Assembly: GCA_030141605.1 (NCBI GenBank)
Contig: JAQGDQ010000383.1
Span: 124,001 to 188,000 of the forward strand
From: Tubiluchus corallicola
Lineage: Eukaryota > Animalia > Priapulida
DNA: 64,000 nt
Direction: 5' to 3'
In this document: positions 41,801-54,052 of the stretch, one piece after another
Position numbering within the stretch: the first letter of the stretch is position 1
How the letters are laid out: every line of letters begins with the position of its first letter
Position numbers and translations under genes: made by a program
The notes under the pieces: generated by a model
What the model saw: the letters and a program-made list of their open reading frames with translations, nothing else
Database searches by the model: none
Told to the model about the DNA's origin: nothing

Positions 41801-44800
41801 AAAACGTTGAAATGATTAATAATCTCAATTTAATTATTCTTGTCAGTTTAACGGATAAACTGGTAATAAAACAAGTACAGCACGGGAAGGCCTATATTTC
41901 TTTCGACGAACCATTTTGAGCACCTTTTGGTGAAAGAAATATACAACTAAAATCTAGGTTAAAGTAAAATTTTTTTCTGGTTCCGGGCAAACTCTATCGT
42001 TCAAAGTACATCTTGTGTAAAACAGCAGAATGAGTCCTTGTTCTCTGGCTAATAAGAATAAGAATTTATCTTTTACATGGATACATTACAAATAGTTTTA
42101 AAAGCTATTATTTCCATAATGGTCCATGATTGTTAGTAGGTAAGAAGCAGTATATGTTAGACAGATATATTAATGACAACCGTGAAACATATGCACAATT
42201 ATTTACTATAAAATTTTTAGCCCCAATAAAATCATGCTTGTTTTAAATTAAATTAATATTGTTAAAACCCTTAGGTTTACGTAAAAGTTACAGATAAAAT
42301 AGAAAATTTTATACGCATAAAAAGTTATTATATATATTCATGTAAATGATATATATTCTAAACATAAAGATAAGAGTAGTGTTTGGTAAAATTAATTTTA
42401 TTAACATAAAATCAGGCAGGTAAGTTAATGGAGAAAAATCAAAAGCACCCGTTACTGTTGTAATTTTTTTGGAGCAGTCTCGTTTTTAGTTCACTATAAG
42501 TTACGGTAAATCTTAATTCTTCGTCTAAATTATTGTACAAAACAGCCCCAGGATAATCCAGCGAAGCATTTTTGTAATCAGCTCGTGGTTTGGAAACAAG
42601 TAGTTAACCGCACTTGCTAGTCTGTTATTGTAAGTTACATGCTTTCTTCGAAATTTTCGTTGGATTTTGCGGAGTGCCCTATGGCCTAAAACTGTAGTTT
42701 TGTTAAATTCTGGTGCCATGTCAGGTGTTGATCAATTATAACGCCAGTAAATATTTGCGGTTGTTCCTGTTCTACAGTTTAATCTTCAATAACGATCTAT
42801 GTTTCTCTTTTCGCTGCATGCAAGTTTTTCCGCACTACATATCATACTGTAAGGATGAGCGGATGGTGCTGATACGCCGATTGTCGCATAGTTGAGAAGA
42901 AAACGTAAAACAACAGGTAGTAAGAGTAAAATTACTGAATTAAGTAACACGCCAGACGTCTAATCCATTGTGCTCCATGCCAGTTATCATTGCGGAACAG
43001 GTGTTGTGATGGAAGACGCACCTGCGCGTCAGCCCACTGAACCGACGGGGCCATTCCATACCAGCTACTTATAGCTGCTATGCAACGCTGATATGCAATG
43101 GCTTCGTAATGGATAAAACCATCACAATGTAGAGGGGGGGATCGAAAATAAAGGGCATTTCGCCTTCGTAACCATACTTTTGATTTTACTGACATTTAAT
43201 TTCATTTTATTATGGATTATCTATTTACAAATATCGTTAGCGTCGGGTTGGACTTTTTGCTCAATAATTTTTAAGTCTGCATCACCTACATAGACTGTGC
43301 TGTCATGGCATACATTTCTAATGAATATTCTTTGAAACTATTCGGCAAGTCGTTTATCTGTAACAGGAAAATTATAGCCCCCAATATAGATCCGTGTGGC
43401 ATACCAGTTTCGATAATTATATAATTCAGATTGTTGCTCCTAAGTTGGGCGCACTGGGGACTATTTGACAAATAGAAGCGGAACCAATTTAAGGCAGTGC
43501 CCCGTATGCCATAACATTTAATCTAAGTTTTTCTATCACAATCTCGTGATCAAGGATATCAAACGCTTTCTTCAGGTCTAAGTAGAGGAGACCTGTAAAT
43601 TTACTGTTATCTATATTATTCAGCCATTCATCTGTGAGTGATATCAGTGCAGTTTCACAGTTATGTTTTTTTCTAAAACCACATTGGTGTTTTGTTAAAA
43701 AATAGTTGCAAAGAGCTAATTCGTGCAGACGTGTTTAAATTTGCTGACAGATGGAGTAACCTGGAAAGTCTTCCCGAGTCCCTCCTTGGGAGGCATGTGC
43801 ATTCAAATTACATGTCAGTCTTGTAGAAAGGGCCTTTTAACTTAATGATATGCTACTTATTGAGGTCTAGTGTCGTAATAGCAGCCCTCTGACATAACGC
43901 TGAACATAGTAGTAATTCTATGTTACCGCTAACACCTCATTTGCTTAATCACCAGGTGCTCGCATCTAATCGCATCTATTCCTGACTTACAGACTGTACA
44001 AATGATGAATCTATTTAAGAGGAGAAACTTATGGTATAGCAACTTTTGGAAAAAGGGTGAAAATATGCTAAAGGAGTACTGGAAACAATGGAAAGCTCTG
44101 TATCTTACCAGTCAGCGAAAACGCCATGTGAAGGACATTTTGGCATTCTTTTGCAATCAACGGTATTATAATAACACAGACAACTCATTTAGCTGTCACG
44201 GAGAGGTATTTGGGCAAAATCATTTATTTAAAGAAATCGTTTAACAAACGGACTTGTTTCTGCTGCCACTGTGCAGCTTTGTTATGGAGACTGGAGTGAA
44301 GATTATCAGGTCTCTTAATTATGTAAATCTCTTTGCAATGCATGGTATGCAGTATGTGTTACTGTCAAGGATTTTTGTTTGTTAAATAACCAAAATAGCC
44401 TGTTCTTACTTGCAAGTAACGTGGTGAAATCTGGCTTCAATATTAGCGACCTAGTTTTAAATACCTGTCATTCAAGTTTCAATGTGTTCAAAGCAGTGAT
44501 GACGTGTTTTCTGTGTAACTCACGACTTGATGCCAAAGATGTATGTATATTTTGTTTAATTTTATTTAGTTATATACTGAAAGTCTCGGATTAATTTCAC
44601 CTAATGGTAATTGACATTTTGATAAAAAATCAATTACAGTAGTTTATTAGAAGAATTTGCATTTTATTCCAGATAAAATGTATAATTTTGGGAAATGTCG
44701 TCTCAATGCATGTCAAATAAGAAGAAAAATGACGAAGGGGCATGTGCTGTGATGATGGTGCACGAACAATAAAATATTATACTAAGCAGTACTTGATGAC

Positions 44801-47800
44801 TTTGTTTGTTTGTCACCATAAAACCAAACAGTTACTATGATTACTTCTTTTCAAAGTATCAGGTCCTGTACCAAATTCAGAAATTGAGACCTTTCAATAT
44901 AAAGGTTAATGATTATGTTGTATTGATCCCCTGTTTTTATGTGGTAGAAGGAGGAGTTAATTTATGTAAATAAATTTTGTTAGTTCTTTGAAAAAACACT
45001 TGAATTTTATTAATAAACCTAAATATTACTCATACGGTTCACTTCCTAATTCTATTCACCATACACGACTAAGGGTGGGTTTCTCTCAGTTAAATGAGCA
45101 TTTAAACAGCCACGATTGTAGAGATGTTACGTATATTTTCTGATAGATTTGTTTTTCCTGTTAAACTGCACTCCTGTAAATTTTGCCGCCTGAGGCAAGG
45201 CAATCAGCATTTATCGAAAAAATGTTTACAAAAAAAAGTTGCTGTAGTGATTGCTCACATTGATTTGTAGTAATTTATGGCAAAGATTGCTCCTATTGAT
45301 TTTGACTTACTTTTTCTTTTGTTTTTTTAAGTAGTGCTGACAAGCCTCTGGCACAGTAGAGTCTAGCTTTTGCTGGATTAACTGCTGAGTTTATTTTACA
45401 ATTCTGCTTGTCCAATGTCTGAAGACGTAAATTGCGTATGACGATAATTATGAAGAAAATAATTTTTACAACAATTTTTAAAGAGATTTCTACAATGGTA
45501 TTGGCACTCGGAGGCCACAGAATTTACAGTGTCTCCTGGGTTTGTGGATTAGCTACTGCTGCAGCTGCTCTCTTGAGGGCAGGTTTCTTGTTAAACTGAA
45601 ATTGTCTGTTGCCTGTTCAATTGGCATTTGACGATGAAAAAATTGCCAAGAAGATATATGAGTAGGCATGTAGCCAACTATGGTCTCTTCACAACCTAAT
45701 TAGTAGTAATGGAGAAAACTGGCTAAAGATTTAACATAAGCCATACATACCTTGCAAATCGCCAGCCTGCTTCGAAATCTCTATGTTGGATCCGTTCTTA
45801 AAGCCAGAGTTAAACGTGAAACAATTTCCAAGCACAGGATCGTAAAAATAGTAAAAATGCCTACGTATAAATATTTAAAGTTAAATTTAAATTCATTAGT
45901 TTTGATAATTACAGTTTCTGATTACTAATTAGTCAAAGACTTTAGTATCATATTGTTTTGATTGCACTGTTCAATTAACATCAGAAATCATTTCAAATTC
46001 AAGTTGTGACGTATGATAATTTATGATGATCACATTAATCAGCAGAAGGTAACAGTGAAATAAATATAGATGCAGTGATAAATTTTGTGATTAACGCGAT
46101 AGCGATTAGGAATACGATGACAATGACGACAAAAGCAATGATTAACATGATAAAAACCACGGTTCTGAAATACTGCAGCCGATTTCTTGTTAAACTTAAA
46201 TGTAATTTACAATACTTGTTGAAATCACATGGACGGCCTCTCCAATTGCATTCTAAAATCGTCTCCTCATATGATGAACCTAGATATTTTTTTTCTGCTG
46301 CAGTGAGATTTAGTAGATGAATTCTGCTCATGAACGCATCCAGTTGTTGTTTGCTACTAGCGTCTCCAGCCAGCAGAGATGTAAATCCTTCGTAGTCGCT
46401 CTCATAATATTCAAATTCGTAAAAGTCGTCAATATCCTAAATGAATGACAATTTCTAGAGTTATCTAACTGTAATCAACAAAGGAGCAGGCTTGCAGTTA
46501 CAACTAATCAGGCCAAATTACCCAGTTAATTTTATCTCACTGTCTACTGAAGTTCCGACACTTTATTAATCGTAAAAAAACGTTGAATGCCCTTGTTGTC
46601 TCAAAATAGATATTTTTATTTCTTGCAGAAGCTTTCACCCTAACGGGCTTCATCAGCTGCACAGACCGTGCTACTAACCTGAGTTTAGTAGATTTTTGAG
46701 GTTAGCAGCACGGTCTATACATATGAGGCCCGCTAGGGTGAAAGCTTCTGTAAGAAATAAAAATAACTATTTTGAGACTACAAGTGCATTCAACGTTTTC
46801 GTGCGATTAATAAAGTGTCGGAAGAGCAATAATAATACGCTGCAATGTTTAGCGCTTATCTGCTATAGGATATTGATATTAAGATTACTGAATTAAAGCT
46901 TACCCTCTTGCATCAAAGAAAAAAAGAAATTAAACACAATATTTCTGTGTTTAATGTCAAAAACCTATTCACATATTAAACGTTTTGATTGAGGAAAGTA
47001 TTCCAAGGGCACACAATATTCGGAACTCGAGAAAATTCAGACTGCCATCTTTATAGGTGGATTATTGTCAAAAATCTGGCATCAAGCATTAATTTTTCAT
47101 GCTGTGAATTCATACTCCTTGCATAAACACAATAACACTATAATTGCAAGTGTTCAAGCCCTAGATCCGCCTTTCCCATGATGGAGGGGAAAAGTATTTT
47201 TGTTATTAGGTCATTGTAAATTTTTCACGTTTAGCTAACTCACATTCTCCCATTATACTATAGCCTATATCCTTGTTCATCCTTTCCCCTTCTGGGAAGG
47301 GAGAGTCATTTCTGGTCTATGCCCGAAAATTGTCGCTCAATCAATAGTTGCAATTGTTCGAATCATTGATCCGCCCTCTCCCTGGAAGGATCAAAATCAT
47401 TTTGTCAATGTTGGATCGCCAGTAGGTGACACGTCATTCTAGTTCCTCGTGCTGAACTGATGGATTCTCCCACTATACCTAATATCCTGGATCCTTCCTC
47501 CCTCCTTAGCTCCCTTGGAAGGGGATAAAACTCTTTTTGTCTGTGTTGTGCTGTCAGTAGGTGACCGACCACTTTATTTGCTGGTAAGGCTGTGGAGATT
47601 TCTACTGGTTTATCACTGTTCTGGATGTGCACTTGTGACTGACTTTGATCTTGACCACCATCTTGTCCCAAAGTTACCTCACACCAAAAATTTCAAGGTA
47701 CCTCCAAGTGGTTTGGGTATAACAGGCTTTAACTCAAATTGTCTACAACGGACGACGCACGACGGACAACAGATGGCACTGCATGACCGCATTGGGACCT

Positions 47801-50046
47801 TAGACTTGGAATGTCACGGAACCTACAAGTGATAAATATGATTTACCTCTAAATATTCAATTAATTCTTCGCTGGAAACACTTTCGGGTAAAAACCACGC
47901 GGCATTAAAGCCATACTCTTGTTTTAGCTTCTCTAGTAGAATAGCGTTTTTGTTGCAAACTGTTACTGCAGGAAATTGTATGCTCTCATGTAATAACTTG
48001 GTTGTCACTGTAGTTGGAAACTGAAAGAACCTGGAATGGTGAAAGAAAATTTAAGTCAAACTAAGCACGCACTTACTGTAATTATAAGCTTTTATAATTT
48101 GAAATCCTATTCTCATTACGAATATTCAATTTATTTTATGATAAAATTACTATAAAGGTTGCTTCTTTTGATTTTCTATCACTTCGTTGTTAGCAGTAAT
48201 AAATTTGAATGTCTTCCATTTTTTCGTTGCACAAGACGAATGACGTAATGAGTGCAATCACGAGGTCACCAAAGATCGGCGGTAAACAAACATCAGTAAC
48301 TCCTGTACCTCGTACGTCATTCTCACTCACTCGCGCCAAATGCTCAGAACATGGCGATCTTTAAGGCAATACTTGCATTCGAAATTCGCTAGAAAAATGT
48401 AAGTTTTTTCAATTTACAAGTTTCTTTTGTTCAATAATATCTATGATTTTTTCGTGTAATCATAATTATACGTTAAAAAACTTCAATGCCTGTTGGGGTT
48501 ATATTTAATGACAAGATATCATAGACATCTAACCACATATTTGACACACCAGACTAATATGTTAATCTACAACTATAGTACAAGTTAATCTGGTAACATG
48601 CTCTCTTTATTAGCGTTGACGATCGTTCCGAAAGCATTTTCTATATTATAAATCAAGCCAAAACAAATAATCAGTACAGTTATGACACTACCAGCCAAGG
48701 CGTAGAATAAATTATATGATTACACATTCACAGGAGTGAAATTCAAATTGTCAGAATACAAGTGGAAATGACTTGAAAAGAGGTTCTCGCATAAAGAAAC
48801 TGCAAAAACATAAAAATAGTACCTTATATATTAGATTCAGGCAAAACCACAACAGCCAGCAAACAATTAGTTTAACAACAAGCAAAATCTACATAATAAC
48901 ATAATAAACGTAAACAACATTTCAAATCCTAGAGGCTGGCTCTTTCACGTATTTAAACTGGCAATTCACGTCTAACCGCAGTCCATATAAAAACGTTACA
49001 TCCAGCTTTATCAATGAATCCAAGTATCTTTTGTTGGGGATCTACGCTTATACGCAAATTCGTATTGTTTGTAACGCCATAAAATGATTAGACATACTAC
49101 TTTGATTAGCTCCCTATAGTCCTAATTAATAACCCGCACGTTGCATAGTCACAGCCACAGGCAAAGTGTAGTCAATAAACTAAGTGTGGCAATATGGTCT
49201 AATATGGCAATCAAAGAAGTTCACTTAGTAAACGTAATCCCTTTAAAAAGTTATAATTATATAAAAGAAATTTTTACCAATTTCAGTTATTTGCGTAAAA
49301 CCCCAAGGAGTTACCATGACGTTAGCACATCTGCATCAGTTGACCAGAAGACTACAAGTTTATTGAGACTGTTCATACAAGCAACGTAAATTTTTTTCCT
49401 GAGCTAGTGATTTGTACTAGTTTTTTGTCTAGGCTTTCCGAAATGTAAATGTATTAACAGGACAGTACTCGCATCAACAAGCGAACATCAATGGACTGTA
49501 TTCGGCAATGGTTCCGGGTGACTCGGGAATGGAGGGTGTTTGCATTACACATTGGATCCTTTGCAATAGAAAAAGTATTCCTGGCAATGGCTGATCATAA
49601 TCCAGTAAAATAGCTACAAACTTGATAGTTTGCATTTAAGCACAATACTACACTCCATCTATAACAGCAATTCCTATGATGCACGATTAAATGCAGTGTT
49701 AGTAGGCGTAATTGACTCACAATCAGCTCCCCAATTATAAATCACATTTTATTACAACGCTTAATAGCCCACAGTTTAAACTTGTGGGCTTAATTGGCCT
49801 AATAGGCCTAATCCACACTTGACAACCTTATTCCTTAACAATTCATATACTTGAGCGCAATCTTGTAACTGTATTAACAAGTATTACATACCTGGTAATA
49901 AGCTCAACTGTTTGGAAAATTGCCACAGAGACTCCGCCCAGAAATAAGCAGATCCATAACAACTTAAGAAGCATAAATCTCGAAGTAAAAATGTTTTTTA
50001 CACCGTGCGCGCTAGTCTGTTCAGCGAAATCTTTGAGCGAAAGCAT
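29273..50046 (-). CDS. DEG/ENaC/ASIC-family amiloride-sensitive cation channel subunit, about 808 aa, with a mucin-like insertion
   Basis: Exons 50046-49892, 48030-47847, 46436-46216, 45860-45751, 41789-41626, 39866-39762, 39376-39265, 36441-36363, 35236-34377 (donor inferred; alternative 34386), 30817-30749, 30348-30285, 29752-29677, 29500-29273 total 2427 nt in frame. Hallmarks: FAEQTSAHG, TM1 LLWICLF, FPAVTVCNKN, GNCFTFN, GLKLTL, GFRIVVHDQ...PFP, Cys-rich thumb (C..C...CGC...C...CGC..AC), SWWPS, INVYY, TM2 LSELGGTFGLYIGCSLLT. Confidence 0.93.
29845..30050. repeat. (TA)n-rich microsatellite/minisatellite
   Basis: Directly visible. Confidence 0.9.
31620..32665 (-). pseudogene. Heavily decayed Thr/Ala-rich pseudo-exon in the ENaC intron
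   Basis: Acceptor-like tatacag|aaatagctgca near 32665, then ACA/GCA/GAT-rich codon-like sequence (IAATRRTKTT, IATTKDTTTSEET, IAADEAACVATDANTT) broken by many stops and frameshifts. Confidence 0.5.
33357..33892 (-). pseudogene. Duplicated 45-bp-repeat pseudo-exon of the ENaC insertion
   Basis: Same ETAADENTTGASGGN unit as the coding block; indels near 33840, 33755 and 33430; no AG at the expected acceptor (ttttcgtaa|atgggaac). Flanking intron 33160-33360 resembles 33975-34260. Confidence 0.65.
34263..34760 (-). repeat. 45-bp (15-aa) coding tandem repeat, consensus TATDENTTG(A/T/V)SDGNT
   Basis: gttgtgttttcatctgt(t/c)gctgt recurs every 45 bp; in frame with the channel down to about 34345. Confidence 0.92.
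35325..36150 (-). mobile_element. Older 3' LINE fragment, same family as 36665-37450
   Basis: Shares LSICMHKTYHNLFPSSFTNPI and the 3'UTR caccttgaaa...gcttg..agggtg.cacaaatga. Confidence 0.75.
36518..36665. repeat. Compound (CAG/CGA/CAA)n microsatellite
   Basis: Directly visible at the tail of the adjacent LINE fragment. Confidence 0.9.
36665..37450 (-). mobile_element. 5'-truncated LINE (ORF2 C-terminus plus 3'UTR)
   Basis: IIYCCIIFG...QRKFIRIL...LP..F...YHVPYCRTN motif string typical of L2/Crack/CR1 ORF2 ends; the 3'UTR matches 51600-51800. Confidence 0.8.
37450..38722 (+). mobile_element. Non-autonomous Helitron/Helentron-like (DINE/HINE-type) element with an internal 141-149-bp tandem array
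   Basis: (g/a)agacctttcatttg at 37464, 37605, 37754, 37903, 38044; tgacctttgacct motif; terminal hairpin aagattttgctatag...ctatagcaaaatctt at 38670-38720. Confidence 0.6.
38764..38893. mobile_element. Small MITE / foldback element
   Basis: aagtagcgtttacgtagcatccggat ... atcaggatgctacggaaacgccactt inverted ends. Confidence 0.6.
40200..40600 (+). mobile_element. Degenerate LINE ORF2 C-terminal fragment
   Basis: ISARKFAIEIGRY...RVCKNC...VEAELDVITEC resembles the ISxHxLxIExGRY...CxxC...EDExHxxxxC zinc-knuckle end. Confidence 0.7.
42950..43190. mobile_element. Short interspersed repeat, same family as 26100-26340
   Basis: Direct similarity between the two loci. Confidence 0.65.
43262..43720 (-). 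mobile_element. Degenerate non-LTR reverse transcriptase fragment
   Basis: DLKKAFDILDHEI...YGIRGTALNWF..YLSN...GMPHGSILGAIIFLLQINDLP...YA. Confidence 0.85.
46553..46823. repeat. Imperfect 270-bp palindrome (inverted Penelope-like terminal repeats)
   Basis: ttccgacactttattaatcg...agctttcaccctaacgggcttcat is mirrored by atgaggcccgctagggtgaaagct...cgattaataaagtgtcggaa. Confidence 0.85.
46624..46661 (-). ncRNA. Minimal type I hammerhead ribozyme (Penelope-like)
   Basis: Minus strand UGCAG-CUGAUGA-A-GCCC-GUUA-GGGU-GAA-AGCU-U-CUGCA: intact core, 5-bp stem I, 4-bp stem II, palindromic AGCU stem III. Confidence 0.7.
47250..47826 (+). mobile_element. DINE/HINE-like non-autonomous repeat
   Basis: tgactttgatcttgacc, accaaaaatttca and ggacgacgcacgacggaca motifs characteristic of such elements. 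Confidence 0.4.
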
Positions 50047-50759
50047 TCTTGAACTTTAGAAATTATCATGAAGACAGAAAAAAATAGTGGCGCTTGCAGA
50101 AGTATTCCGATAACGTTTAACTCTTTTGCGTTTCCTGGTTTTACATAGCTTCGTCCCACGTGATTCCTTGAAGCTTCGTTGTTTTTAGGTATAACAACAT
50201 CAGACAATCGCTTAGTTACTGCAATTACCGGTATAAATACGATTGTTATCTACCTATTCAGAAAACGCTATACACATCTGTGTGCATTAATTGAGTAGTT
50301 CGCGATGGGCTTGCGTGCGACAAAATTAATGGAGATAACGTCATAGAAACGACTGTCATTATTGAAATGGCTTTTGACGAAGCCTGTGCTATATTCATAA
50401 TAAATGTTGCTTAATGCGAGCAGGTGCTAACTAACTTAATGCTAACCAAATTGGAGAGCTAACTAGGAAAAATCAATAACTAGTTAACCTGTTCCCCCAA
50501 GTTGTTTAGCAACATTTCTGGTGGTTTTATTAACATTTTGTTTATGGTTAGATGGACAGAATGAATTACAATTCAGGATGCACTCATAGCGGCTTTCGTT
50601 CAGTGCATAGTTGTACCGAATTTAAATAATATATAACTATTTACAACACATATTCACAAGCAAAGTTTCCTTTCGTCACGTAGGGGCTGCGGTACTGCAA
50701 CTTCGTTTACGGAACATTGGAACAAAAGTATTTGATTATTCACTATTGATCGCGTTAGA

Positions 50760-51110
50760 AATATTTGTGCATCATTTACAAATTCTGGTAAACTATTCCA
50801 AATCGGAACAACTCTATTAGAAAAAAATGACCAATGTTTTTAGCAAATCACCTAATATACAATTTAAGCTGATTGTTGTCCGATTACACGTCGCTAATGT
50901 AAAAAATGTCTCTGTCTATATCTATGTCTTTATGTCTGACTTGATAACACAATACTAAATCTTTATGTAACTTTAATGAAGTAAGATTTAAAAAGTTCAA
51001 TCGTAACGGATATGACAAATAAGTAATGTTACATCTATAGTACAAACGTCTGGTAAAATACCTTTGAACTGCGTGAATTTTATCAAAAAATGGTGGTCGT
51101 TCATAAAATG
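50760..51110 (-). mobile_element. Degenerate LINE ORF2 3' fragment
   Basis: VQRYFTRRL...LSYPLRLNFLNLTSL...DLVLCY, followed by FFSNRVVPIWNSLP. Confidence 0.7.
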
Positions 51111-51277
51111 GTTGTACATGTATAACCGTGCAACAGCGAAAAATCATCTTGCGAATTATTGTTACTTAATTACCTTATCATTTGGTTACTCTCCGTGATG
51201 TCGAGGAAGTACTATTCACAATATCATTGCAGCCCAGCACTTTAATTCTTAATCGAGTAGCATAATTTTATCTTACT

Positions 51278-51430
51278 GTGCATTCAGACTAGAGAGTTTC
51301 TCGCTAGTTCTTGCGCAAGTTAACTCACAGCAGCTCTCGGAAAGTTTGCAATTATTTGCGAGAGAACTTGCAAAGTCGTTCTCACTAAACGAGTTTACTC
51401 TCAGAGAGAACTCTCTAGTCTGAACCCGCC
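51278..51430. mobile_element. Small MITE
   Basis: ttcagactagagag ... ctctctagtctgaa inverted ends. Confidence 0.55.
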
Positions 51431-51599
51431 GTTATACATTTTCTCCGGAGAAAGTTTTACTGTGAAATTATCTTGAATAACAGCTTCTGTTAATGTACAT
51501 AATTATCACTTAACTTGCGTTGCGGAAGCATAGATGTGTCGTCAATACCAGAAATTTGCCCTATAATGGCGTATTTCATCTTTATGAGGAATTAGTATC

Positions 51600-51800
51600 A
51601 ATCAATCAATCAATCAATCAGTCAATTTATTTCACTCCAGCAATACATATAGAATACATCAACATACAATATTATTGAAAAAAAGAAACAGTATAGGTAA
51701 AAAAACGTTGATGAAGTCAAATTAACCAAATAAAGGGTTGCTGCATGACACCTTGAAAGCTTGGCTTGTTAGGGTGGCAGAAATGAGTGAATGAAAGAAA
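51600..51800 (-). mobile_element. LINE 3'UTR remnant with (TTGA)n tail
   Basis: Close match to 36670-36850; (atca)n tail. Confidence 0.75.
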
Positions 51801-52599
51801 GGTGATAGTGATCTTCGCATTAATGTTACTAATTCACTATGAGAATTTATATAGACTCGTTACAACGACACATTGGCAGCTAATTCTGTTTTTCACAAGC
51901 AGCCGTAAAGTCAAAGAGCGTATTTGTTATTATACGAGTGCGAATATCTTTGCAATCGGTATTGAATTGAGTTACCTAGCGCTATGTTGTCTTCTGGAGA
52001 CTCTTTATCAAGGATTTTCCGTAGCCTCTATGTAAACACATGATTACGTAGTACGTTATATTATAATGTTTATCATGTGAAATCCACTTTGCACTTTTTT
52101 AAGCATATCACTGTGCACTTTTTATATCATATCACGTATTTTTATTACTAAGACATAGCTAGTAAATGTGGCAGGACAATCACTTGTATTAGTAACATAC
52201 AATTACAGTTATATAACAAATGTAAATGTATTAATGTAAAACTTTGTAATAATTATTCGCATATTTCAACCACAAGGTCTTGGTTTTCTTCAGATAAACA
52301 CTACGACAATAATTTCATGTTTATTTGGGTCCGAAAGCAAAACTTGGGTTTTTGAATTTGTGCACAATTTAAGCATCAGTTTAGCTCCCCTCTTTCACGA
52401 TCAAACATTTTTAACAAATTGCAGTTTTTCTTTATTTTGTACCCTCTTTGTGAAGAAGTTGGGCAGATTATAAGATTATAAGATACGATTTTCGCAAAGG
52501 TTGGTAGAATACCAGGCCCAAAAATGTGTCATTTGCGCTTCGTGGAGGTTTCTGAGGAAATTTTATAGTTTTATGAAAACAAAACGACTTTCATTAAAG

Positions 52600-53110
52600 C
52601 TATGAATTAAAAGAAAGGTTAAAAAACATGTTTCCAAGCGTTTCAACTGCAGCCTGCAGTCACCTTTAGTGATGACTACACAAGTAAGCAACCAGTTTTA
52701 TAGATAGAATCTACGGTGCAAAAATTGGGAATTAAATTGCTTTACACATTAAGAGAAGGTTTATTAGGGTACATACATAAACCTTCTTTTATTAATAGGT
52801 CCCAGTTATTTGTAGCTTTGGCCATACTTCCGAAACTATTAAAATCAGATTTGTGGCCACAGACACAAATATGATCATGAATGCTAGAAATCGAGGAAGA
52901 CATTTTAATTTCTTGCCAGCTCTAGACGAAACGTCCAGAAATATATATATTCTTACTTTAAAGTGTCTGGACGTTTTGCCGTGATAAGCAGCATTGCAGC
53001 TGCTACACTGAAATCTATAAGCAATACTAGACTGTAAGATTGTGGGTATTTTGTCTTTAGATGGGGAAAAAGAGCCTAAACTATGGCCAAATTTTAACAT
53101 AATGCATAAT
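52600..53110 (-). mobile_element. Penelope-like element fragment (GIY-YIG endonuclease plus decayed hammerhead)
   Basis: KDKIP...SSIAYRFQCSSCNAAYHGKTSRHFKVRI matches the PLE GIY-YIG; downstream CUAAAGG-U-GACUGCA/UGCAGUU-GAAACGC is a mutated hammerhead at 52634-52676. Confidence 0.8.
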
Positions 53111-54052
53111 TAAATATGGGGCAAAGTTCACTAATTGAGTTTTTGATTGATTGACATGACTGCTTTCAGTTTTTTTATCTTTCTTTCGGAACACGAGACA
53201 TCAGTCTGTTCAAGTGGCTCCACCTGACCCTGGGCTATCAATTGCTAATGCGACGCACCCACCAATGATCAATAATGCACACACTTCTAACGTAGTGTAA
53301 ACATTGACAGTTGTGAATCAGTAAAAAAGTTATCAAAATCATAATATGTGATCTAGGTGATTTAAACTAATGCATTTTAATTTTGCAACGTAAACTTGCG
53401 TAGACGTTTTAATTGTGTTTTAAGTAGTTTATTTTTCCTTCTAGTAAACGACATCAGCTTCAATAACATTTCAATTCTGTTCTGTTCTGTTTGAGAAAAT
53501 CACATTTTGACTTTCTAAATGTATCCCAATTTCTTGTGATCTACAAACGACCATACAATATGTAAGAAATTAGTATTGAGCCAGGTCTGTACATCACAGG
53601 GTGTTTCAGTATCACCAAAATTTAAATATGAAATGGAGTAGTAATAAACTAAAAATCAATGCTCAGCTACGCTAGGAAACTGTAGACAATATGATCCACA
53701 AAAATTTAAACGAGTCTCTTCTTTAAAAATAGAAACATACGGAAGAAGAGAGAAGTAGCTGCAGTGAGATTATTGACTGGACAGAGAAATTTTAGTGAGT
53801 TGATGACTCGTATTGAATTTGCTAGAGACGAGGTTTGTGAATGCGGTACGGAAGCCTACGTACTGTTTTATTCGCAAGATCGTTCATAACAATATTCTTA
53901 GGCTTACGATGGAATTCACAAAGGTTTCGTAACCTAAGAAAGTTATTAAATGCGAATTAATATAGCTAGGTATGCTATTAAATTACATCTTAGTGCTATC
54001 TGATCTGAAAAGCTACAAGTTCTTGTAGTTAACTGTCCATTCAAAAACTTGC

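Noticed and set aside
53200-53300. Minus-strand hydrophobic stretch LEVCALLIIGGCVALAI as the missing CD225 terminal exon
   Set aside because: No GD/A-x-x-x-S motif and no clear phase-0 acceptor.
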